From Negaprion brevirostris (lineage: Eukaryota), in contig JARDVH010000132.1 of the NCBI GenBank assembly GCA_030324005.1, forward strand, positions 80,183,156 to 80,247,155: a DNA stretch of 64,000 bases, in the 5' to 3' direction. This document shows, in pieces, positions 1 through 12,839 of the stretch. The notes under the pieces were generated by a model that saw only the letters and a list, made by a program, of their open reading frames with translations, was not told the origin of the DNA and ran no database searches. Made by a program: the position numbers and the translations under genes. Position 1 is the first letter of the stretch. Each line of letters opens with the position of its first letter.

Positions 1-312
1 TGATGGTGGGGGAGCCCAGAACCAGGGGTCATAGTTTGAGGGGAACAAGTAAACCTTTCAAGACTGAGGTGAGAAGAAATTTCTTTACTTAGAGAGCTGT
101 CAATATGTGCAATTCACTACTACAGAAAATAGTTGAGGCCAAAACGTTGTGTGATTTCAAGAAGAAATTAGATATAGCTTTTGGGGCAAAAGGAATCAAG
201 AGAAGGTGGGATCAGGATATTAAATTTGATGATGAGCCATGATCAAAATGAATGGCAGAACAAGCTCAAAGGGTTGAATGACGTACTCCTGCTTTTATTT
301 TATATGTTTCTC
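1..312 (+). mobile_element. CR1-clade LINE 3' end fragment
   Basis: RTRGH-type C-terminal remnant followed by the CR1 3' UTR (aagggttgaatgacgtactcctgct) and simple-repeat tail. Confidence 0.75.
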
Positions 313-693
313 TGTTTAAAAAGCTGTCACTCAGAAAAACCAGTTCTACATTATATAGTTGACATAATACTCTGAAGTTTTCGAATAAGTCACTCAACCG
401 TGAGCAAGTATGATCATGTATGTTCTTCTTAATAGTGTCTCCTTCACCGTTACTGCTTTGGACTCCATGTTTTCTCCATGCAGGCAGTGTGTTTGGCGAA
501 CAGTAATTGTGAATGTTCTACGTGCATTGTAAAATCAACAACAATTTGAAAACTTGCTTTAAAGATTAGCATATTGATTTGCCAGTGTTATGATGAGCAG
601 TGAAAGCTGATTAATTATGAGCAGTGGACCATAAACTTTCAAAATATTTGAGATTCACTTGCTGCTTTCTAGTCATCTGCGGGGCATTGATAT

Positions 694-1478
694 TGTTATG
701 GTTTAGGTTAGAAAACTCCAAAATGTTCTAAGAAGCCCGCCTGGATCATAAATTTTACATCTTGCATTTGGCTAGGGAAAGCATGATATACTTCAGGAGT
801 GATAAAGCTTATTTAAGAATATAGTTGACATGTATGGAAAGAGAGTTAGGAATAATTTCTAATAATTACAAACAGAAACAAAACAACCACAACAATGTAT
901 TACCCTTAATGAATATATACATATATATAAGCTGTCCCAATCAAACCAGCTTCCATAAACAGTCCTTTAAACAGGTTCAACACAGCATGGACAAAAACTC
1001 ACACAATACTGTGAGTGAGGCTGTTAGTTGAATACTGCAGTCAAACGCTCCTGAGACTCAGAACAGTTTGAAAGCAAGACAGCTTCCCAAGACACCAGAG
1101 AGACTCTGGTCCAGCCCCCAACAACAGCAGATTTTCTACACCAGGAAGGCTTTCAGCTAAACAACAGAATTTCCCAAAACCAGAGAGAGAGAGAGACTTT
1201 TTTTCAGTCCGATGTCCACTCCCTTCTAAACTAAAACACTGCTGCAGCCAAAAGCAGAAAATGAAGCCCTGAATTCCTGAGGAAGAAAATAAAAGCTGAC
1301 CAGAAACCATGACCACCTCCCCGACAGTGCATGATCTTAAAACTAATCCGAGTTAACACAAACCATCCCATTTAAATAAAATGACTCATTGTAGTCATCC
1401 TGGCAACTTATTGACATCAGCTAAGGCTGTGAGCTGAGAAAGAGCTCATGATTTAAAAAAAAACCTCTTAAAGGTACA
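694..1478. mobile_element. Probable solo LTR
   Basis: Starts TGTTATGG; composition resembles elasmobranch LTRs as I recall them; right end obscured by a CR1 insertion; no TSD verified. Confidence 0.35.
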
Positions 1479-1740
1479 CGAATGAGACAATATGACTGGG
1501 GGAGCGCATTGGAAGGTAGGTCTGCTGAGGAGCAGTGGAGGATCTTTAAGGAGATCTTTCTTGGTGCTCNNNNNNNNNNNNNNNNNNNNNNNNNNNNNNN
1601 NNNNNNNNNNNNNNNNNNNNNNNNNNNNNNNNNNNNNNNNNNNNNNNNNNNNNNNNNNNNNNNNNNNNNTGAATGGCGGGGCAGGCTCGAAGGGCTAGAT
1701 GGCCTACTCCTGCTCCTATTTCTTATGTTCTTATGTTCTA
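1479..1740 (+). mobile_element. Young CR1 LINE collapsed across an N gap
   Basis: 5' part reads DWGSALEG...EEQWRIFKE (CR1 ORF2 linker); 3' part is a CR1 tail ending in (tcttatgt)n. Confidence 0.75.
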
Positions 1741-3195
1741 ATATGAATATCAATGTGGCAAACATACCAAAAGCCTGTGTGAGGGTTATAAAATACAGCA
1801 TTATAAATACAGCAGTTTAAATAAAAGACAGATAAATAATACAATCCATGAGTGCATTAAATTGCTACATATTAAATGGTTGTTTTCCTTCCTTATTGAG
1901 AGCAACCTTTGGACATCACTCACGAAATTAGTTGCCAGCTGTACTAAATCCCTCCAGAGTTAAAAAAGTGTTTACCAGTGGAAATGGAGCTAACTCCCTG
2001 TATTTACTTTATTCAAGCTAATTCTGTAATCCAGCAGCAGATTCATTGATCTGCAAACTTGTAGTTCTTCAATGTTAAGAGCTCCTTTAGTGTTGAAGCA
2101 TTTATGCAAAAGTGCAACCAGCAGTCCACCTTCTGTAGATGAAATGCTATAATATGAAAGTGTCTGAAAAGTGAATTAGTTTGTTTCACCTGTCCATTTA
2201 CGTTTTGCTAGTTGTCAAAAGCAGTGCCACAAAAGCATTTTAATTTCCTTCAACGTGAATTTTTTAAAAATATTTTTATTGAAAGCTTTAATTTTACATT
2301 TGCCACGAAACATAACAGATCCCCAAAATCCAATAGAGTACAGAGTAACCATTATTCCATGCACACGCAGAAAAGACCAATGAATATTCATACAAATGAT
2401 TCAATTATCTATCATTGCAATCACTGTAGTCAGGATCTTCTCTTAACAGATAAAAAGAGGATATCAGATGAGCGGCGGGGCGGGGGGCGCGCTCAGGATG
2501 ATAGGATAAAAGCATGAGCATATGCCCCAGGGTGCACATCCTTCTCCACAAGATAACATAGACAGGACTACAAAATATACAGGCTTGCATTTTCACTTTA
2601 GAAGTTAAGTTCACAACTATTATTTTCACCAGTAGGTTGTTATAATTATTTTAGTAGTCAAAACATGCCTCTAGCTCAAAAGTGTTAATTTGTTAATCTC
2701 TTCAAATTTCAACTGACCCAACATCCACCGTCTTTTGGGAAAGAGAATTCCAGATTTTCTGTGACCTTTGTGAAGAAAAAAAGCTTCCTATTTTTATTTC
2801 TGAATGGCCTGGCTCTAATTGTAAGATTGTACCTATTTGTCCTTTGAGGTGCAGAGCCCAAAACTAAACATGCCTGTTGGGGCCAGTCAATGACCTATAT
2901 ATAAAAAATTTGTTAACCCTTTGTGTTCTAAACCATTTAAATAAAAGGCAATATTTCTCAAATCTTTTTAATTACTTTTCTTACTTATTATTCTTTGACA
3001 GTAATCATGTCGATTTTCCAATCTTTGCTAATTGTTTTGCCTTCAGTAGACAAAGTTTAATACTGCTGCACAGTTATTAACAATGCCAACGCTGTTGTGA
3101 ATTGGTCTTTCCAGTTCATGAATATTAATCCTGTGGGCAGTAGAATTAATAATCCTACTAGAATGAATTGCATTCTTTCCAATTCTGCCATTCAG

Positions 3196-3354
3196 GCTAA
3201 CCAGGAGCTCTGTATCCTAGAAGAAATGACAATACAAATGCAAGAATCAGCTAACCTATTTGAGGTGACTGTTCCAGAGTATAAGCAGTTAAAACAGTGT
3301 CGTCGGGATATAGTTCTACTCAAGCAACTCTGGGATATTATTGTATATGTAAAG
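3196..3354 (+). CDS. DNAH11: DNAH11 exon A ([10 protein letters not shown]...WDIIVYVK)
   Basis: ttcag acceptor, AAG|gtaaag donor, 159 nt, phase 0/0; [16 protein letters not shown] motif. Confidence 0.93.
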
Positions 3355-3889
3355 GTAAAGCATTCGTTTATTTTTGCATCATTAAAAAAGTATCTAATTG
3401 TCATTATTATTCTTGTCGTTTTCTTTCTTTTCTATTGTGCTTCTTTTTCCATCACACTGTGAAATGACACTGTTCAAGGTGAGAATCATGATTAATGTTA
3501 CCCTGGGACTATACAATAGGATTGCGTTTTAGCAAGGGTAAAACCAGCATGACTGTCTTTTCTTGAGTCGTGAAATGAGATATTCTCCTGCTTTGTGATA
3601 ATTCAATTGAAAAATTAAGTGAGATCTGCTCAATCTCACTGCACAGAAAAACCCCAAATATGGGCAAGGCAGGATTAGCACTCGCAACCTCTTGTCCGGC
3701 GACTGGTGCTACAACAACTTGGATTTATTATGTGTAGTTGAAATCTGAAAAGCTCTTGTGACTAGGTCAACTAAAAATGTCAAAAACTGAAATTGATAGG
3801 TTTTACTTAGGCAAGTATATTAAGGAGTATAAAGTGAAGTCAGGTAAATGGAGTTAGAATACAGATCAGTTATCATCCAGTTAGATCAT

Positions 3890-4500
3890 AGTAAACCTCT
3901 TGTATTTGTACTATGTTAGTAAAGCAGCTTTGAAACAGAAAAATATTCCAAGGCCCTTCACAGAGACCAAATAAAGCACTGGATGCCAAACCAAAGAGTG
4001 AAGTATTAGGCAGAATAACTAAAAGCTAGGCAAAGAGGTATGGTTTAAAGAGATAATTCAAAGTGGAGAGAGGGAGAGCAAGCAATATGGAGAAGTGGAA
4101 GGGTTTAGGGAAAGAATGCCAGAGCATGAGATTTAGGTGACTGAAGATATGCCCATGCTGGGGAAAAGGGAGGAGGTAGGCACAAAAAACAGAGTTAAAG
4201 GAATGGAGTGTTTAGCGTATAGGTTGTAGGCTGGAGAAGGCAATAAGGAGGATGCAAAGACATAAATGGATTTTAAAAAGAGGATAATAATTGGAGGTAT
4301 TGGGAACTGGAAGTCATTGAGAGGAAGGCTGATGAATAAGTGGGTGCTTGATACAGGGGAGGGTACTGGAAACAAATTTTCAGATGAGCTGAAGTTTTTG
4401 GAGGTTGAAGGAGAGGATTGGAACATTCAATTTTAATGGTGACAAAAGATAGTTTGGAACTTCATCGCCAGAGTGAAGGTGGAAAGGGCAGAAACAGTAA
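3890..4500 (-). mobile_element. Degraded L2-like LINE fragment
   Basis: Similar to the L2 fragment at 30840-31560 (ccaaggcccttcacag...aaaagctaggcaaagagg...tttagggaaagaatgccagag). Confidence 0.55.
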
Positions 4501-5816
4501 AATTGGGTAGGGTATAAAAAACGGACAGCAAATCCTAATACTACTGATTTCTCACGGGAGGATTTTAAAAACCCCTTTGTGGGATGTGCGTGTCAGTGAT
4601 AGGGCCAGCATTTGTTGCCCATCCTTAGTTACCCTTGAAAAGGTGGTGATGAGCCAGTTTCTTAAAATGCTGCAGTACATTCTGTAGCAATTTGATAACA
4701 ACTGACTGGCTTGCAGGAACATTTCAGATGGCATGTAAAAGTCAACTGTGTTGTTGTGGTTGAGTCACATGTAGGCCTGACCAGGTACGGTTGGCAAGTT
4801 TCCTAAAGAACAACTTTAGTAAACCAGATGGATTTTCATGCCAATCTGTGATAGCTTTATGGTCACCATCGCTGAGATGAGCTTTCAATTCCAGACTATT
4901 GAGATCCAGATACTCCTGTTTGAAAATTAGTGTTTTATGCCACTTGTTTACTCAAGGTGACCTTGGGGGAGAGGATAGAAAATATCTGTTGTCCAAATAA
5001 ATTGTCACAGGAAACTTTTATCCTGCTCATTTCTTGGGATGAATATTGTCGTAAGGGCAGAAATCTCACTGCTCGGCTTGAAAGCAGGAAATGACCCTGC
5101 TTTATCAGGTATTGGGAGCTGGCCAATTAACTGGCACTACTGAGACTGCCATCAAAGTAAGGTCTGCCCCCAAGAGCTGCCAGTTCAATTCGTGTGCCAG
5201 CAGCTCTGCAGCACCATTGCAAGTAGTGGCCATTGTTGAGACCACAGCTATATGAAAGAAGCACCTTAATGGCTGAGGGCCCTTGGAAGTGGGGTAAATG
5301 AGGTTATGGGACACTGGGACCAGGCAGTCAGGGATAGGCGGTTGAAGCTTGGGTGTCATTTGTCACTTTTAGCAATGTTACCAACTGGAGTGCCCATAAA
5401 AGAGTTTCCACCCCCTCCGAAACCCACTGTGAGAGCACAAGGTTTTACCTGAAGTATTTGTATGCATGATGGCATGGAAAATTCCCACAGGCAGAAGTGG
5501 TCCTTAATTGGTGACTAGGGTGATTCCATTGACCAATGTGCCAACTTTTGCCCTGCTGGCAAAATAGCATGGTGGGAAGAATTAGGCATCCCCATCTCCC
5601 ATGCTGTTTTGCCAGCCTTCAGTACTCCCTTTCGATCCTCAAATGACCTGTAAAATTCAATTTCTGCACTTCTAGCTGACTAAACGGCATTTGAGCCCCC
5701 AAATAGTTTGTTCCAAATTTTACAAAAATACACTGCAGCTAGTGATTATCAATGAAAGCTTTTTAAATAAATGATTTTTATTTTCAGTTTAAATGTGTCT
5801 ATTTTCCATTTAACAG

Positions 5817-5900
5817 ACTAGTATTGATGAGTGGACCAAGACACAGTGGAGACAAATCAATGTGGAGCAGATGGATGTGGAGCTCCGGAGATTTGCAAAG
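5817..5900 (+). CDS. DNAH11: DNAH11 exon B ([11 protein letters not shown]...ELRRFAK), GC donor
   Basis: taacag acceptor; 84 nt; dynein homology ends at AAG|gcaagg. Confidence 0.9.
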
Positions 5901-6236
5901 GCAAGGCAGCTTCTTAATAATGTTGTTGTCTTCTCCGCTTTTGGCCAAGTTGCCAAAAATTTAAATCTTGCATCCACATGTACTAGAATCTTAAACACCA
6001 AGAAGTTGTGTATTGCTGTGTTATTCTATTTTAGTCCACTTATCATTTTTAGGGTGTCCCCCTCTTCTCTGATAGTCCTTTTACAATTCCAGTTATGTTT
6101 TACATTGTTCCAAAAGGCTGGGCAGCTTTGAAGTGGTCCTCAGGTCATTTAAACCTCATTCTCCTCTCTCCCTCACTCTTTAGTTTCAATTCAAACAACT
6201 TTGCTGTTAATTAGTATATTAAATCAGCATAATGAT

Positions 6237-6440
6237 AAAAGCAAAATACTGCAGATGCCGGAATCTGAAACAGAAACAGAAGAGTGCTGGGAAATCTCAG
6301 CAGGTCTGACAGCATCTGTGGAGTGAGAGTAGTCAGCTCTGACGAAGGGTCGTCTAGACTCAAAACTTTGGCTCTGTTCTCATTCCCCAGATGCTGTCAA
6401 ACCTGCTGAGACTTTCCAACATTTTTCTGCTTTTGTTGTT
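6237..6440 (+). mobile_element. Short Penelope-like-derived element with inverted arms and a degenerate hammerhead core
   Basis: Inverted arms cagcaggtctgacagcatctg / cagatgctgtcaaacctgctg; CTGACGA-stem-(G>A)AAAC at 6339-6366; related arms near 12230, 13860, 16355, 51150 and 58955. Confidence 0.6.
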
Positions 6441-7945
6441 GGGTATGTTAAATCAAATGTCTTATTCAAGGATCATAAGTGTAGCAAGGGCGGCAAATGA
6501 AAAATTCACACCACACTGCAGCATTATGGAATTTCATCAACTTGCTTTGTTTAGTAACATTATAAATAAATGTAAAACGTCTGCTGCTCGTGTTTGTGGT
6601 TTGCACGCATTGCTCAGAGGAAGTCTCCCTGAATTTGTTTAAAATGTTGTTGCAAATGGAAATCATTACAAGGAAGTACTATTGGTACAGCGGAGGCTGT
6701 ACCCCAAAAAACCCATTTCTAGCCTATAGACTGAGTGGTCACGTCGTGAGGTGTGATGATGTGGCCATATGGGAGGTCACATGGTGGGAGTTATCTCTGG
6801 TAGAGCACAAATACTGTATGTAGCTGTTGAGCTTGGTACTAACTACCTCATTGGTGTTGGTGATTTGAGGCACACCCAACATTCTGACTGGTGTCAAATT
6901 GGCAGTATGGCACAAGAACTTCACCAAGTCAGCCCACTGGTCTTTGATGCAGATATTGCAGATAGTTTTGAAATGTTCCAGAGAGGTTGGTGTATTTACT
7001 TGGTGCCACACTCTCTGACAATTCAAAAAAATGTACGTGCGTATATCCTGTTTGGGGTCCCGAGACCATTGAAAAATTTGAGTAATTTGTTTTCCAGACA
7101 GAGGGAGATGAAGAAGAGCCTGAGATAACCCTGAAACAACTTGAGAGCATTTGCCTCCCATTAAAACACCTAACCCTTAATAGACACACATTCAATCCCA
7201 CAGACTAGAAAGTAGACAAGTCAACACAATCTTGCACAGCCACCCTAAAAATATTGGCCAAAGAATGTGCGTTCAGAACTCTCATTGAAAAAGCATTAGC
7301 CATCTTATTTTATGTGGCTGTGCTGGGATGTAGCAGTACAAAACATTTTTGTATGACATTTGGTGATGTGCCTGTTTTGGACCTGTTTGACAAAGGATTG
7401 CTCAGCTGTAACATAGCCCAGAATTTGTCACTACTTGTGTGTGCTGTGCTTTGGTGTAATGGACCTAATACCCTACTTTAATAAAAACCTCTTATCCCAA
7501 GTGAGGTTTCTTGTCCGAGGCATAAACTGGCAATGTTGCTGCTACTTTTTCATGATGTAGTGGCACTACATTTGGTTGGGCAGAAAATTACAAAATAGAA
7601 AATGCATCAGCACCGATTGCAAATTGACTAGACATATGCTCTCATCTTATGGTTAAGCTCAAATGGAGTACACGTCAAATAATTAGCACAAAAGGATTGC
7701 ACTCTAGTGCTCAATGCACAGGCTCAGTTAATTTAACTCAAAACTTTCTCCCCCTCATCCTGCATCTTACAAGACCATCGTTTTTTTAGCTTTGCACAAA
7801 TGTGTTTGCTTCCTTCGTGCGATATTCTTTGACATTGTTTTGCAGTACAGAAGTCTTTCATTCAAAATGTGCATGGTAAAAATAACCCAAGATATATTGT
7901 TTTTAGTCAAAATTCTCATTTCATCTTGCTTTATATCTTGTGTAG

Positions 7946-8104
7946 GAGATAAGAATGTTAGACAAAGAAGTGCGTGCTTGGGATGCATATACCAGTCTGG
8001 ATTCCACTGTAAAGAACCTGCTCACGTCACTACGAGCAGTGACAGAATTACAAAACCCAGCTATCAGAGACAGGCACTGGTACCAACTGATGAATTCCAC
8101 TGGG
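7946..8104 (+). CDS. DNAH11: DNAH11 exon C ([15 protein letters not shown]...[13 protein letters not shown])
   Basis: tgtag acceptor, GGG|gtcagt donor, 159 nt; [12 protein letters not shown] motif; not in ORF track in this frame. Confidence 0.94.
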
Positions 8105-8789
8105 GTCAGTGTGAAATAAATTATTATAATAATTCACATTTCTTTTTACTAATTTAGCTTTAATTTATATCATACTCTTGATATAAAGCCAGATTCAGTG
8201 TATGAAGGATTACATCTGAAAATATTTTGTTTAAGTTCAACCTCGCAATTAAATATCACATAATATAGGTCCTAATCTTTACTTGAGGCTGTAGGAAGTG
8301 GTAGGATTTCTTGAACAGGAAAACTCAAAACAAGAGTCTCTTGTGTGTCCAGCTGCTAATCTCAGCAGGGCAAATTTTTTCTTCTGCTGGATTTCTGTCT
8401 GCTAGCCAATCTGATTAGCAGATCACGGAGGTCAGGACAGTCAGCAAGAATGTGGTTGATCAGTGCTAAGGACTGTGAAGTGGTATGTGTGTAAGGCCCG
8501 AGGGAAACATGCTGGCTGCTCCTGGCCCACAAGCTGTGCTGTAAATACACCTGCCTTATGGATTTGGCCCTTCATGATTCCTTTTGCCTACCAGATTTTC
8601 CAAGCCCCTGAAAACCCGCCCGATGTTATTTACTGGCTGGGGTGCCCTTCTGTCACTTACCTCTTGCCAGTTCAGCATAACTTCAAGAGTGGTATAATTG
8701 AACCGTGCGCTGCCACGTGAAATGTGCCATGAGGACTGTGAAATATTAGAGGAAATTTGTATACAGAGCAAGAGAAGTTACCAGCAGTT

Positions 8790-11240
8790 TAGCAGTCTTA
8801 AAAGTGGATAATTCCGCAAACCCAGGTGAGATGTAACCCAGGCATTGAGAGAAGCAAGGGAGGAGATATCAGGGCCACCTGCCGTAATTTTCAAATTGTC
8901 TCTGGCCACAAGTGAGATGTCAATAATGTCCCATTATTAACAAAGGGAGGTAGGAATAAACCAGGAAATTATATACCAATCAGTCTCACCTTGATGATGG
9001 GGAAGTTACTAGAAAGAATTCTGAGGGAAAGAACATATCTGCACTTGAATATGCAGAGATTAATCAGGAATAGTCAGCATGGACTTGTTGAGGGAAAATC
9101 GTGTTTGACAAATTTAACCAAATTTTTGAGGAGATAACCAGGAGTGTTGATGAAGGTAATGTATTTTATGTGGCCTGTATAGGTTTTAGCAAGGCTTTTG
9201 ATAACATTTCTCATGGCAGACTGTTCAAGAAATTAAGTGCCCATGGGATCCAAGGAAAAGTAACACATTGGATCCAAAATTGGCTGAGGTAAGAAGCAAG
9301 TGGTAATGGTAGAGAGATTTTTGTTGACTGAAAGTCTGTTTCCAGTGGAGTGCTGCAGGGCTCAGTGCTGGGGCCCTTCTTATTTGTGGTGTACATTAAT
9401 GATTTGGATTTACACATAAGCAATATGATCAAGAGGTTCGGGGATGACACAAAAATTGGTAGGGTGGTAGATAGTGAGGAGGATAGCCATAAACTGCAGG
9501 AGGATATCAATGGACTGGTCAGATAGGCAAAGCAGTGACAAATGACACAAAAATAGGCAGGACAGTATGTTACAATGAGAAAATAAGAACCTTACAAATG
9601 GATATAGATAAGTTAGAAGAGAGGGCCAAAATATGGCAGATAGAGTTTAATGTGGTTAAGTGTGAGGTCATGCATTTTGGTCAGAAAAACTGAAGGTGAC
9701 TTATTATCTGAATGGGAAAGGATCTCAGGGTGCTCTTGTGCAGAGGGATCTGGGTGCCCTCGTTCATGGGTCACAGAAAACTAGCATGCAGGTACAGCAG
9801 ACAATAAAGAAAGTGAATGGAATGTTGGCATTTATAGCTAAGGGAATGGAATATAAAGGTCAGGATGTATTGTAGCAACTATACAAGGTGAAGACCGCAC
9901 CTGGAGTTTTGTGCACTGTTTGGCCTACTTATTGGAGAAAGATGTTGTGGCATTGGAGGCAGTTCAGAGAAGGTTCACGAGATTGGTTCCAGAGATGAGG
10001 TCTTTGTCATATGAAGAGAGATTGAACAGTTTAGATCTATACCCTCTGGAATTTAGAAGAATAAGGGGAGTTCAAATTGAGGTAGACAAGATGATAAAAG
10101 GTATGAATAAAGTTGACGTGGAGCAGATGCTTCTACTAGTGGGGCATTGTAGAACGAGAGGTCACAGTCTTAGGATAAGGGGTATCAAATTTAAAAGAGA
10201 AGAAACTACTTCTTCCAAAGGGTTATGAATCTGTGGAATTCGCTACCCCAAAGTGTGGTGGATTTTGGGACAGTGAGTAAATTTAAGGAGGAGTTAGGCA
10301 GATTTTTAATTGTAACGGGTTGAAAGGTTATGGGAAGAAGGCAGAAAAATGGAGATGAGCATATCAGCCATGATCAAATGGTGGAACAGAATTGATGGGC
10401 CGAATGGCCCAATTCTGCTCCTATATCTTATGAACTTACGAAATTGTGAAACGGAATTCAACCTGGAAAAGTGTGAGGTAATGCACCTGGGGAGGGCTAA
10501 CAAGGCAAAAGATTACACTGTGAATGGTAGGACCCTGGAAAGTACTGAAAATCAGAGGGATATTGGAATGCCTATCCCTAGATAGTTGGAAGTAGCAAGG
10601 CAGATAGATAAGATGGTTAAAAAGGTATAAGGAATACTTGCCTTTATTGACCAAAGCGTAGAATACAAAAGCAGAAAGGTCATGCTGAAACTGTGTAAAA
10701 TGCTGATTAGGCCGCAGCAGGCATACTGCATAGAGTTCTGGTCACTACATTATCGGGAGGATTGCACTGGAGAGGGTGGAGAGGAGATTCGCCAGGATGC
10801 TGCCTGGAGTGGAGGATCTGAGCTGCGAGGATTGATTGGATAGGCTGTGGCTGTTTTCCTTGGAGCAGTGAAGATTGAGAAGGGACCTATCGAGGTGCAT
10901 ACGATAATGAGGGTAGAGATGGGATGGATAAGAAGGCATTTTTTCCATTAGTAATGGGGTCAAAAACTGGGGGCATAGATTTAAGACAGGAGGTAGAAGG
11001 CCAAAGAGGGGAGTTGAGGAGAAACGTTTTCACTCGGAGATAGTGACAGCTTAAAATTCAGCCTGAAAAGGTGGTTGAGTCAGAAACTCTCATAACATTG
11101 AAGAAGTATTTAGATATTTACTTGCATTATAATAACCTCCAGGCTGGGCCCAGAAAATGGGGTTAATGTGGTCAGATCGGTGTTGACTGGCATGGACATG
11201 ATGGGCTGAATGACTGCCTTCTGTGCTGTTAATAGCTACG
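8790..11240 (+). mobile_element. Nested CR1 LINE pair: outer copy 8790-9545 and 10441-11240, inner copy about 9546-10440
   Basis: RT motifs SQHG, FSKAFD, SGVLQGSVLGP, FGDDTK; inner copy has its own 3' tail at about 10380-10440; many stops and frameshifts. Confidence 0.85.
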
Positions 11241-11329
11241 AATCAATGGTTATGAATGTCCACTTGCAATTTTCAGTTCCTAGCTGTACTATTAACTGCA
11301 CCACCTAACTTGGCACCATCAAAAAACTT

Positions 11330-11510
11330 CAACATAAGAACATAAGAAATAGGAGCAGGAGTAGGCCATCTAGCCCTTTGAGCTTGCCCCGCCATTCAAT
11401 AAGATCANNNNNNNNNNNNNNNNNNNNNNNNNNNNNNNNNNNNNNNNNNNNNNNNNNNNNNNNNNNNNNNNNNNNNNNNNNNNNNNNNNNNNNNNNNNNN
11501 NNNNNNNAGA
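11330..11510 (-). mobile_element. Young CR1 insertion; body hidden in an N gap
   Basis: Reverse-complement tail nearly identical to 1670-1740; aaaaactt on both sides as candidate TSD. Confidence 0.7.
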
Positions 11511-12042
11511 AAAACTTTGTGGTATAGGTAGCCACTATTCCTTCATCAAAGTAATTTATAAATATAATGAAATATTCACTTTCTATCAGTTTGAAAACTT
11601 ACCCATTCTTCCTTCTCCCTGACCCCTTACCTCCTAAGCATTTCTGTATCCAAGCCAGTAGGTTGCCTCTAATTCCATGAGCTCACATTATTGTCACCAT
11701 TCTCTTTTGTGAAAACTTGAAGTCCATGTACGTAACATCCATAGACACTTGCACATCTACCATGTTTGTTACCTCTTCAAAAACATCCTTTTTTTAATTA
11801 GAGATCACTTGTCTTTTACAAATCCACATTGGCTATGTCTGGTCAGATAGGTCAGCCTTTATAAATGTGAGAAATTGGGAAGGCGTTACTTGCCAGTGTG
11901 AAAACTACACTTGTTTAATTTAATGAGTGCATCAGTAATATTTTCACGCAAAACCTCAGAAAATGCAAGATCATTTTCACAGTATTTGTAATGTTTGTTT
12001 TTTTAACGCAAGATTGATGTTGTTTCTTCCTTTGTTTTTCAG

Positions 12043-12165
12043 GTTAGGTTTATTATGAGTGATAATACAATCCTGGCTGACCTGTTAGCTCTAAAGTTAC
12101 ACAGAGTGGAAGATGAAGTGCGGAATATAGTGGACAAAGCTGTGAAGGAATTGGGAATAGAGAAG
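12043..12165 (+). CDS. DNAH11: DNAH11 exon D ([15 protein letters not shown]...[10 protein letters not shown])
   Basis: pyrimidine tract + cag acceptor, AAG|gttttt donor, 123 nt; IVDKAVKE motif. Confidence 0.93.
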
Positions 12166-12839
12166 GTTTTTGACTTTTCTAGTTGTGGCTTGGAGAACAG
12201 ATTGTTCAATTAAACTGTGTTTCCTCAAAAACAAAACACTGAAAATGCTAGAAATCTGAGATTAAAAACTGAAAATACTGTTAATAACTGAGGCCTGGCA
12301 GCATCGGTGGAAGGTGAATCAGAGATAAAGGGTGGAATCGTGTACCCTCCCATGTGGCGGGTTTGNNNNNNNNNNNNNNNNNNNNNNNNNNNNNNNNNNN
12401 NNNNNNNNNNNNNNNNNNNNNNNNNNNNNNNNNNNNNNNNNNNNNNNNNNNNNNNNNNNNNNNNNGGTTTGGTGGCAGTGTGGTATTTAAGCAAGTGGGA
12501 GAACAACAGGAGGAGACCCACTGCCTTCCCACCTCCACCCCAATTAACACCAAGGCAGAAAGTCGTTAAGGGCCTCGTCTTGTCTTTGCTGGTATTAACC
12601 AAGCATTCAGTGGGAGGGCTCGTCATGCAGGGAACACGGCAAACAGCCCAGTCGTGTTTGTTTGTAGGCTTCCATGGGCTGTCCCTTGTTAACAGTACTC
12701 AGCACCTGATTGAGGAGCCTAGCATTGGGAAGAAGGGGACCCACTGAGAGCCACTCGCCCTGCCCTTGCATGATGGCACAAGGCAAAAAGAAGTAGTAAT
12801 GGGACAAGTGAAGGAACAGAAGGTGTCAATGTGAAAACA

